Shown in pieces: positions 11,797 to 21,788 of a stretch of DNA of 37,671 nucleotides. How positions within the stretch are numbered: position 1 is the stretch's first letter; each line of letters begins with the position of its first letter. The position numbers were made by a program, and so were the translations under genes. The notes under the pieces are model-generated. The model did no database searches. It worked only from the letters and a program-made list of their open reading frames with translations, and was not told the DNA's origin. Source of the stretch: Cladosporium halotolerans (Eukaryota); NCBI RefSeq assembly GCF_011745625.1, contig NW_027191522.1, forward strand, positions 1 to 37,671, written 5' to 3'.

Positions 11797-12094
11797 GGTG
11801 ATGTGTACCTCAGGTGGTGTTCTTCTTATGGGAGAAAGGCTCTCCCGCTCGAATCTTTGCTTCACATCTGTTTCAGCGAGCATTTTTCATTCGAGAAAAA
11901 AAGGGCTTGTATATATCATCATACCTTAGTTTTAAACTGGCTAGACGCATAGATGTCTGGCTGTAATACTGAAAAGCTGTTCTGAATGAACTTCGATTCT
12001 CCCGATCGTTCGCTTGCGTGTGCTGGATGGGCCTCGGCGGAGTCTTGGTCAAATTCGACTTGTTACTTGTGAGTGCAGACATCAAAGTGTGAGC

Positions 12095-12100
12095 TATATA
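12095..12100 (+). promoter_or_regulatory. TATA element upstream of the 5S rRNA gene
   Basis: TATATA at -30 to -25 from the 5S start, the position known for dispersed 5S genes of filamentous ascomycetes such as Neurospora. Confidence 0.6.
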
Positions 12101-12124
12101 TTTTCCATAAAAGGGAGGATTGAT

Positions 12125-12243
12125 ACATACGACCACAGGTCAGTGAAAACTGGGCATCCCGTCCGCTCTGCCATACATAAGCACTGAACCGGGCGACTAG
12201 TACTAGAGTGGGTGACCATCTGGGAATCCCGCCTGTTGTATGT
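12125..12243 (+). rRNA. Dispersed 5S rRNA gene
   Basis: About 119 nt. The 5' ACATACGAC pairs with the 3' GTTGTATGT (helix I). It contains the conserved blocks CATCCCGTCCGCTCTG and TAGTACTAGAGTGGGTGACCATCTGGGAATCC, and is followed by oligo-T. Confidence 0.96.
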
Positions 12244-12265
12244 TTTTGATGGTTTTTTTTTTTTT
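12243..12265 (+). terminator. RNA polymerase III terminator (T5, then T13)
   Basis: T runs at 12243-12247 and 12253-12265, directly after the 5S gene. Confidence 0.85.
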
Positions 12266-12965
12266 GCTCTGCGAAATTTTGGAGGTTGCAGGTATTTCTC
12301 CAGGTCGGGAGCGTTTCCAGACATCACTCTGCGACACATTCAGCTCGCAACACCTTTCCAGCGCATCGAGAAACTCCCATTCTATTGCTAGTGAGTCTCG
12401 TCGGTTATCTGCATCCCGAGATGCCGTTCCCTGCCCTCGCGCTAAGCACACAACGCCCGGATAGAATTCGACACAAGCTCCACAAGACCATGTGCGCCAG
12501 AAAGCTTGTCCTCCGCCACGCCAGCCTCATTGGCCGACAGGAAAAATTCCCTGGCCGTTTGCCGTCACCTCTGGACCCTCGCGTGGTCTTTTCTCGACGG
12601 CTATCCCGGCCACGCCGGCCCATGCCCTGACAGTGGAAATGTCTGCGCTCACCAGTTATGTAAGGGCGATAGGACGCGTCGACTCTCTCGCGCTCGCGAC
12701 ACCCACACCTCTATCGCAAGTCGACGGCCACGTCCTATCGCGCCACCGCAGAACAGCAGCGCGTTAGGTACCAACTTTTCCTTGCACATACCCTCTCTTC
12801 CTCTTATCTGAAGGTTCCACACTACAACAAAGATCGCCACTGCATGAGCAAGACCTCGGTCTAGCACCGCTCAAAACCAACACCTAATAGCTTCATCTCA
12901 CTCACCGTGGTCCTGGGCAATATCCATATCCCTCAGTCGTCCGAGCAGGAGCCAGCATAAGCGAG

Positions 12966-14685
12966 ATGAGCTACACCACCGACGACTACGACATTGAAAA
13001 ACAGGTGTCCGCGCGCACCAAGCCCCATGGCGACAGCCAGTCTTCGTCCTCAGACGGCCCCAACGACCGCGCCGCCAGCGACAATGCCGTCGAAGACGCC
13101 AGCCTCTCGGGCAAGGACGGCTGGTCCGCGAAGCTCGTCCGCCTCGCCGACAAGCTGGGCGTCGAGCAGCGCGGCATCGAGCGCGTGCCCGAGACCGAGA
13201 GGCCGGAGACGGGCTTCAAGGCCCTGCTGAACGTCTCCACCATGTGGCTGTCGGCCAACATGGTCGTGGCGGCCTTCGCGCTGGGCCTGCTGGGCCAGAG
13301 CGTGTTTGGGCTCGGTGTCGCGGATGCGATGCTGGTCATCTTGTTTTTCAATCTCATCGGGATTACGCCTGTGTGTTTCTTTTCGACCTTTGGGCCGAAG
13401 TTCGGACTGTGAGTTTGAGAGTGGATTCTTTCCGTTTGGAGAGAGGATGGCTTGTACTGACTACTACCCACAGCCGACAGATGGTCCTCTCGCGGTTTTG
13501 GTATGGGTGGCACGGCGTCAAGCTGAGTATGTCAGCCGAGCTTGCATTCGCAAGAAGGAGAAAACTGACATGCGCCGCACAGTCGCCGTCTTCAACGTCC
13601 TCGCGTGTCTGGGCTGGTCCGCCGTGAACTCGATCGTCGGCGCGCAGCTCATCCAAGCCGTCAACCCGAGCGTGCCCGGCGGTGCGGGCATCGCCATTAT
13701 CGCCGTCTGCACCTTCATCGTTTGCACATTCGGCTACAAGCTCGTGCACGCCTACGAGTTCGTCGCCTGGGTCCCGCCCTTTATCATCTTCCTCATCATC
13801 CTCGGCGTCTTCGCCCACAGTGGCGACTTCGTCAACATCCCTATGAACACCGGCACTGCCGAGCTGGGCTCCGTCCTCTCCTTCGGCTCCGTCATCTACG
13901 GCTTCGCGACAGGCTGGACCTCGTACGCCGCCGACTACACCGTCTACCAACCGGCCACCCAGTCCCGCCGCAAAGTCTTCTTCTGGACCTGGCTCGGCCT
14001 CATCGTCCCCCTCCTCTTCACGCAATTCCTCGCCGTCGCCATCATGTCCGCCACCACCCTCAACGGCGGCGCCAACCGCTACCAAGCCGGCTACGACGCG
14101 ACGGGCACCGGCGGCCTCATCGGCGCCGTCCTGCACAACCTCGGCGGCTTCGGCAAATTCTGCATGGTCGTCCTCGCCCTCTCCATCATCGCCAACAACT
14201 GCCCGAACATCTACAGCGTCAGCCTGACCGCGCAGGTCCTGGCCCGCGGCACCGCGCGCGTCCCGCGCCCGCTCTGGACCCTCGTCGGCACGGGCATCTA
14301 CGTCGCCGTCGCCGTGCCAGGTTACTCCCACTTCGAGCAGATCCTGCACAACTTCATGAACTTCATCGGCTACTGGCTCGCGATCTACACGGGCATCTCC
14401 TTCTGCGACCACTTTGTTTTCCGCCGCGGCTTGGCCGGCTATGTGCCGGAGGACTACGACGATGCGCGCAAGCTGCCGCCGGGTATCGCGGCGGTCGTCG
14501 CGTTCTGCTGTGGCGTTGCGGGCATGGTGACGGGCATGTCGCAGGAGTGGTATGTGGGGCCCATTGCGCTGACGGCGGGCAAGGGCCCGACGGGGGGCGA
14601 TGTTGGGCCCGAGTTGGGGTTTGCGTTTGCGTTTGTGGGGTATTTGATTTTGAGGCCGGTTGAGAGGAGGTTGTTTGGGAGGTAG
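12966..14685 (+). CDS. FCY2: Purine-cytosine permease (NCS1 family, Fcy2/FcyB-like), 532 aa
   Basis: Exons 12966-13408, 13474-13526 and 13583-14685; introns 13409-13473 (GTGAGT..CTGAC..CAG) and 13527-13582 (GTATGT..CTGAC..CAG). Motifs EQRGIERVP, MWLSANM, FGPKFGLRQMVLSRFW, GWTSYAADYTVY, IANNCPNIYS and NFMNFIGYW; about 12 hydrophobic helices. Confidence 0.95.
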
Positions 14686-15704
14686 GGAATGGGAGTTGAG
14701 TTTTGAGAAGGAGGGATGTCGGGGTCCTGAGCTTTGGCAGGAGGGAGAAGAGAGACACACAACAGGTCGTGTGTATTTGTATGACGAGATATGTGTGATG
14801 TGATTATCGATTCATCATCGATTGTTGAACCAACTTTGCTCTACGTCGTCTTGTAGTATTGGCACGGTTTGCTGGCAGTCACTTCGCTTCGAGAAATATA
14901 CGATCAATGCGTTCCAGAGGCCGCTCGTAGCGTTGTTCATATCAACTCTTGCTCTCTGGCATGTGGAGAATCAGCGATAACCCTTCTCTTGTTGTCACCC
15001 CAGTCGACCAAGGCCTCTTGCTGCTGATCCTTCGTACCTTCACGGCCTTCTCATCGCTGCCGGAGACTCCCGTCATCCCCCTCTCCCACTTGTGCCTGGC
15101 TCTTCAATCTTGCATGTATTGAAGGATCAATCCTCGAAGGCGGCGGGTCATTGTTCAGCATCTATTGTATTTGAGGTAGAGAAGCTACAACGCTCATGGT
15201 GTGATGCCCTTGCTAGTAGACGTCGACGTCGGATCTCTTTGGCAGGCGGGCTGGAGCCGGGTTGTGGCAATGCTTTTAAGTGCGTTTGATTGTCATTCAG
15301 GGGTATGGGCTTCAATTGTAGAGGCGAAAGTGCGCGGCAGAGGAGCATCTCCTGGTCTCGTAGGGAATCGATTTGATCTGACATGAGAAGGGTTGCCACT
15401 GCAATCTAGAATGTTTGGCTGAGCAGGAAAATAGATTGAGCCCCTGCGATCATTATCCGCAGCATGGTACTTGAACGGCTTCGAGGAACGGTTAGGTCTG
15501 TTTTCCGTCGATACCCAACATCACAGCGGTTCGTTTTCGTTGTTTCCAAGAAGTGACAGGCGCGCGGGAGACCGCGGGCGCTTCCTGATACGGGATGTTC
15601 ACGTTGAAGAAGATCGATGCATCGTCTTCCTGTCACGCTCGACGGTGAGTATTGGAGAGCTTCTGCTCTGGCCGGCCACAGCAGTGGCCTGGGGCTGCGG
15701 GAGC

Positions 15705-15732
15705 GGGGCGCAATCTTCGAAGATTGCGTCCC
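15705..15732. repeat. 20-bp perfect palindrome with paired flanks
   Basis: CGCAATCTTCGAAGATTGCG (15709-15728) is its own reverse complement, and the flanks GGGG/TCCC extend the stem. Confidence 0.9.
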
Positions 15733-16155
15733 TCTCGTGAGGTTGTGAAGGTTGTAGGATCGTTTGGCTGCAAGTCGGAATGGTACAAGAGCTCGTTGTT
15801 GCTTCACTGAGTGACGTATGGTACGGTATAGCTGGGATATGATCAAGAGGGTCGATAGGAGCGCCGGTCTTCGATATCACTGCCGTTTACGTGGCTAATA
15901 TCGTCGACTTCGACGCGAGAAATCGTGTTATCAACTCTGTCTTGTCCTGCCGCGCCCGGGAGCTCCCTTCGCGCACCTAGAAGTGGAGCCTTTCGCGCGC
16001 GGTGTGTATTGATGTTGACGCTCAGCGCTGAGGAGCCTGCCAACGCTCACACCACACATTTCGTACGTACAATGCATTCAACGCCTGTGGATAGACGCAA
16101 TTTGCTGACCTGAACAGTTCAACCATTGACAACACCACCACGTCAAGATCAAGAA

Positions 16156-17054
16156 ATGTAGGTTCATTGCCTCATCCAACAACCTCATCGAGCGATCGCC
16201 GCTGACAGCTTCACAGGGACCAACTAGCAACTTACCAGTCGACCTCCGCCCACCGCAAATACAGCAGGATCATCGAATTATTCGAGATCGAGCTGCAAAG
16301 CCGCCTGGACCAGGACATCGATGGGACCGAGTACGGCAACAAACGGGGTTGGGTCGCGTGCAGATCGCTGTACGCCGAAGCAACGAGCGCGGATGACTTT
16401 GCCAGTCGTACTGCGTGCGCCGCCCTGTTCCGTCTTGCCGACTGGTGTTTCCAGAACGCTCCGTTGGTGCAAGGCACCGTATGCCCGCAGCGTTTAAACT
16501 GCGATGATCGCCACGGAGACGATCGATCTGTCGCTGACTGGCTGGCGATGCGGGGCGTGAGGATCCTGGAAGGCCTGTGGGCTCGTCTGCACGACGACAT
16601 GCGTGACGAGCAATGCGAGTTTGCAGCCTGCGCCGCCTGGTGGTGGTCCACGTACAGCTGGAAGCGCGAGGTCGACTCCCTGAGGGTGGGAGGCTCGCGC
16701 GACCGGGAGGCCTCATGGGCCGCTGAGACGGATAGGGCGCTGCAGGTAGCATCAGCCGCAAGAGACAGCGCGTGCAGCTTTGCAAGCGGTTGCGCGCTGT
16801 TGGCTGAAGAGGTTGCCAACTTGCATGGCATCGCGCGCAGGGTCTTACAGATGAGACCCACATGGTGGACTCACGTCCACTTCCGGGATTGGGTGAGAGG
16901 ATCCGAGTACGAGTACAGCGCGATGCCGCCGGCCTCGGACTTCGATCCCACGACTGCGCTGGAGGTGCTTGAGCGGCGGACAGATTGGGCCGCAACACAG
17001 CTCGTCGTGTTCCGCAAGGAGGGGCGGAACAACCTCAAGCACGAAAGGTGGTGA
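16156..17054 (+). CDS. Hypothetical protein (~279 aa) whose start codon is split by an intron
   Basis: AT(16156-16157)|GTAGGT...GCTGAC...CAG(16216)|G rebuilds ATG in frame with a stop-free frame from 16218 to 17054 (MDQLATYQSTSAHRKYSRIIELFEIELQ...). No domain recognised. Confidence 0.62.
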
Positions 17055-17507
17055 TCGTACGTATCCATTTTCTTTCTCGTCTTTACGCCCATACATGGCC
17101 TCCTATCCCCTATCTTGAGAAGACTACCAGAATGTTTGCATCAATGAGACAAGCATAATCAAGAGCTGGATGCACGACGAGGAAACGGTGGTATCATCCA
17201 CGGCGAGCGGACTGGCGGACCCCGAATGGCGGCAATGCTCAGAACGCCCTGCGAGCATCGGAGCCAAACGCGTTGCCAACGACGGTTTCCCCAAGGACGA
17301 TGATCCTCCGACGGGACTGGTTTTGTGCTGTTTGAGCATCTGGATTGTCGACGGATGTCTTCCGGCTGTGTTACATCGATTCGGGACTTCCACTCCTGGT
17401 TGTCAAAGGCAGCTAGGCGAAGTCCATCGCAAACGCGTCCACAATGGAGAGCCAGAAGGGATAAGGGCCAATAATTGCATTCAGTCGTATCTCATCCGTC
17501 GCAATCC

Positions 17508-18809
17508 CTACTTGCTCACTGCCAAATCTCCTTTGGGCAATTTCCTACACTCCGGACACAACCACTCCCCTGCAGGCTCGTTCTTGAGCCCCACGCATCC
17601 CCAGTGGAACCACTGATACTTGCAATTGTCATTGTCGCAGCCAACCATGTCTCCAAAAGAAACTTTCTGACAGAAGCAATACAGGGTTGTGTCCTCGCCC
17701 TCATCAAGATCCTCCTCTCCTTCGACATCAGAGCCACGATCACCAGCGCCATCAGCCTGAGTACGCGCAAGAGAAGAAGGCGTCGGAGAAGCGGATCCGT
17801 CTTCGCTGTCGGTCACGGAAGCATTGGTGCTCGGGGTTCCATCTCTGCCAGCACGAGCAAGTTGACGCCTACGATCGCCCTTCACCTTACTGCTTGTCCG
17901 ACCAGAACGTTTGCCCGTACGAGAGTTGGTACCAGGAACCGGTTTACGGTTTGGAGCAGCACCGGCTGGAACCTTCTTTGTGTTTGCAGGAGGCCTCGAA
18001 GGCTGAGCAGAACCAGCGCGCGAAGAGCTTGTCGCCGGACCAGGAGTCGTGGCCTTGGGCGTGCCTGCGGCAGTCGGCGGTTTGAGATTGCTGGGACCTT
18101 TAGGCAGCTGGATCTCGTTTGGGCGTCGTCGCTTGTTTGCCTCACTGCTGCCCTCACGAACAGACCGAGGAGCGCTCACAGGAGTTTGCGTCCCACCAGC
18201 ACGAGCTCCAGCAGAAGATTGGGCCATACGCAGCTGTGCAGCATTCGCGATGTTTGCCGTTCCTCCAAGAGATCCGATATTGCCAGAGATGCTTTGAAGA
18301 GGGCCACTTCCGACAGGCGTCGATACACCCGTTGCACTACCAGAAAGCATGCTTGGACCATTCCAGTCGGCAGGAAACTCCTCACGAATAGTCAGATGGC
18401 GTAGGCCGACATCGAGCCTCTTGATTTGGCGCTCCAATACTATCAGAGCCTTCTCGCTCAGGCCGCACTTTTCCGCCTGCAAGATTTCGCACTTGTCGAA
18501 GCAATCGTTGATGGTCTTGGAGAAGGCTTCTTCCTTAGGGTTCTGCACGTGGCCACCGTTCAACCGCACCCACTTCTGAAGTGCAGCATCGCGCTTGTTG
18601 ATCTCGTCCTTGTAAGCTAAGATTTGCTGGTCTTTCGCCTGGATTTCTTCAAGCAAATGTGTCACTTCAGCTGGAGTATTTGCCACTGGACTTTTTATTA
18701 GCACCACACCAACGCGCAAGCAAGACAGTCACGAGGGAAGAAAAGACCTACCATCATGCATGAACTGTTCGAGCACCGACGCGGCATCCTCTGGCATGTG
18801 GAGACTCAT
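17508..18809 (-). CDS. YNG2: ING-family PHD-finger chromatin protein, Yng2-like (NuA4 subunit), 411 aa
   Basis: Exons 18809-18752 and 18685-17508; intron 18751-18686 (GTAGGT..CTAAT..CAG). ING N-domain [32 protein letters not shown] and PHD finger YCFCQKVSFGDMVGCDNDNCKYQWFHWGCVG...WLCPEC. Confidence 0.92.
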
Positions 18810-19220
18810 GATTGCGACACTTTGCGACGACCGCTGGGAACGTGACCGGCCAAAGCCTCGCTAGAGCCTGCGCAAATTCTTAAAACTCCGCTTAACCGCA
18901 GCGCCTGTAGGGTCTGAGTGCGATCGCCGGGGTATAGTGATGGAGATCGATGGATGTGGAACATGCGCGCCGCGAACAGGCTCATATCCAGAAAGCGAAG
19001 GGCGATGTCCGAACAGTCGCGCTAAGCTCCGCGCGGATCTGCCGCCCGGCGCCACCCTCCGCTCCCGCAGAGCCGCATGCTCGGCGTGCTCGGCTCCGGA
19101 TTCCAGCCGCAGCGCATGAAGATGGCGGGAGGACGAACTGGCGCATTCTGTCGCATAACACCAGCAACATCCATACGAAACAGCCATTGTGACGCCGCAT
19201 AGCATGCGGCTGTCGCTAAA

Positions 19221-20867
19221 ATGGCAGGCTCAAACAACCCTCGCGCCGACGTTCAGGCTTCGATAGTACAGCAATGGTCCCCTCCGAACCGGCCCTCGCC
19301 TGGCAGCGGTTCACGAACGCCGGTGAACGGTCACACCCACGATGACGGATACGCGAATGGAGACGACTACACATGCGATGGCAGACCACCGCGAATTGAG
19401 ACACCTCCGATGACAGAAGATGACGAGCTGCGCTGGCAAGATGAGCAGCTCAACCGCAAGATCATGCAGCAGGTGGAGGACAACGGCATTGCGCGACCCA
19501 AAGGCTACAAAGTCTCATACCATTACAACAGCACAGTGGAAGACATGCATTTCGGCAGGACACATCCCATGAAGCCTTGGCGGCTCACACTCGCAAAGCA
19601 CCTCATTCTTGGCTACGGCCTGCAATACGCTATGGACACACACGAAGCGCTCCCGGCCTCGAAAGAACAAGTCTGCGCCTTCCATGACCCGGACTACGTC
19701 GACTTTCTCTCCGAAGTCGCACCAGAGACATTCGACCGCCTCTGCCAGAACCCGAAGTTCGCAAAAGCAGTGCCACCTCCCCACGACGCAGATAGTGTCT
19801 ATCTTGGGCCTTACAATCTCTCCACTTCACCTGGCGCTGATTGTCCTGTTTTTGCCGACATGAGCACATACCTCTTCCTGTACACAGGCGCCACTCTGGC
19901 AGCAAGTCACCAACTCACGACAGGACAGAGCGACATTGCAGTCAACTGGTCAGGCGGCCTCCATCACGCTCACAAATCCGAAGCTTCTGGCTTCTGCTAC
20001 ATCAATGACATTGTGCTATCCATTCTCGAGATGCTCAAAGTCTGGCCTAGAGTTCTCTACATTGACATTGACGTACATCACGGCGACGGAGTCGAAGAAG
20101 CCTTCCAAAGACAGCCCAGAGTAATGACACTCAGCTTCCACCGCTTTGGCACCTACGACGACACGGGACATAAGTTCTTCCCGGGTACTGGAGATATTAC
20201 AGACATTGGCTTGCGGTCGACACACGGCGAGCACTTCGCTCTGAACGTACCGATCAGCTCCGGCATTGATGATCGCCAATACAATTATCTGTTCACCTCT
20301 GTGGTAGGGCAGGCGGTGAAGGCCTTCAACCCGTCAGCAATTGTCCTGCAGTGCGGCGCCGACTCTCTCGGCGGCGACCGTCTTGGCCAGTTCAATATCA
20401 ACATCAAGCAGCACGGCGAATGCGTGCGCTTCGTCAAGTCGCTGAACGTGCCTCTGCTCCTCCTTGGCGGCGGAGGATACACTGCACGCAACGTAGCCAG
20501 GGCGTGGTGCCACGAAACAGCACTCGCCACTGACAACGAGCTCCCAGACGCCATCCCGCTCGACTTCATCCCCAGACCCGAAGCCTTCCAAGGCCGTGGT
20601 CATGGCGACGGGAAACTGTTCCCAGCTTTCGTTCGCTCGCACCCGAACTACTGCAGTAATTCTGACCTGGAGAACATGGTGAAGAAGATCGACTGGGATC
20701 TCCGCTACGTCGCAAATTCTCCATGGGTGCAGATGGATCAGCTTCCGAGAAGGAGCATGGTGGAGAGCATCACCGATGAGATCGATGAGGACAGGAAGCA
20801 CAATCGAGCAGAAAAGGACCGAAGACAGAAAGAAAGGGACCCAGCTGGAAGAGGCGAGCTGAGATAG
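19221..20867 (+). CDS. HOS2: Class I histone deacetylase, Hos2/HosA type, 548 aa
   Basis: Hos2-type HPMKPWRLTL. Catalytic and Zn-binding motifs are intact: NWSGGLHHA, SGFCYIND, IDIDVHHGDG, QCGADSLGGDRLG and GGGGYT. Confidence 0.92.
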   Translation: MAGSNNPRADVQASIVQQWSPPNRPSPGSGSRTPVNGHTHDDGYANGDDYTCDGRPPRIETPPMTEDDELRWQDEQLNRKIMQQVEDNGIARPKGYKVSYHYNSTVEDMHFGRTHPMKPWRLTLAKHLILGYGLQYAMDTHEALPASKEQVCAFHDPDYVDFLSEVAPETFDRLCQNPKFAKAVPPPHDADSVYLGPYNLSTSPGADCPVFADMSTYLFLYTGATLAASHQLTTGQSDIAVNWSGGLHHAHKSEASGFCYINDIVLSILEMLKVWPRVLYIDIDVHHGDGVEEAFQRQPRVMTLSFHRFGTYDDTGHKFFPGTGDITDIGLRSTHGEHFALNVPISSGIDDRQYNYLFTSVVGQAVKAFNPSAIVLQCGADSLGGDRLGQFNINIKQHGECVRFVKSLNVPLLLLGGGGYTARNVARAWCHETALATDNELPDAIPLDFIPRPEAFQGRGHGDGKLFPAFVRSHPNYCSNSDLENMVKKIDWDLRYVANSPWVQMDQLPRRSMVESITDEIDEDRKHNRAEKDRRQKERDPAGRGELR

Positions 20868-21788
20868 GCACGAGTGGGTTTGATTCAGCGTGGCGCTCGG
20901 TGTTGCTTTTCGTATGAATAAGGCATTACAGATTATCGGTGGTGGGAAAATCACAAAAGGCTAACTGTGAGGACATGATGGAAATAGGCCGGATAGGTGC
21001 AAGGTCTTCTAAAAGGAGTAGCCCAAACCGGGTCTTACTGCGAGATAAATACAATGCCAATTGCCATTATACATGAATCCAGACAGCAATCGCCCAAATA
21101 AATGTCACCTCGAAACCAAACTGAATGCCTGACTAATAAAGTTCGAAACAGGTATGGATCCGCTGAGGCACGTGGACTGCACGTTGCACCACGCGGGCCT
21201 TTCAACAACCGAGGCTTCATAAGTCTGATATTCCGTTTTTTGCATTCCTAAATGCTGTCGCACTTACTTTATGCCTACTTCAACCATGACATTTGTAAAC
21301 GATCCAGGTGCCGGATCGACATCGTTGCTTATCTCTTGTCTCCTTCCTACTCAGGAAGCTCGCTCGTGGCAGGCTGGGCAAACCCCGCTGATCGCTCTCC
21401 AAATTCTCATAGAAACCAAACCACCAAGCCGCGATGCCGAGCGGATGATACCGCAATGCTTGTACAGCCTCAAATCTAAGCGGAAGTATTCCTGGAATGT
21501 CATCATTCATGTAAATGGTGCTTTGCCATTGGTCCGCCGGCTGGCCTGACGCTAGTGTTCAAGCAGGCGGCGCGTTTGCTGCAAATCGTTCGCTGAGATG
21601 CCGTGTTGACCAAGGCAAGTAGATTCTTGGTCAAGACTTCGCTGAAGAAGGTAGGTGATCTTGCGATGGGCTTATCCTTGTCCACAGGCCGCACTTCTCT
21701 CGCTTCTCTGCACTCCTACAAAGCTTGCGGCGCTCGCTGCACGATCCTGGGAGCTGTCTACCTCCGACTATCTAATTACTAACCCATA

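Noticed and set aside
14954..14969. 16-nt exact match (CTCTGGCATGTGGAGA) to the 5' end of YNG2 (18789-18804)
   Set aside because: There is no flanking similarity, and a single 16-mer match within 37 kb can arise by chance.
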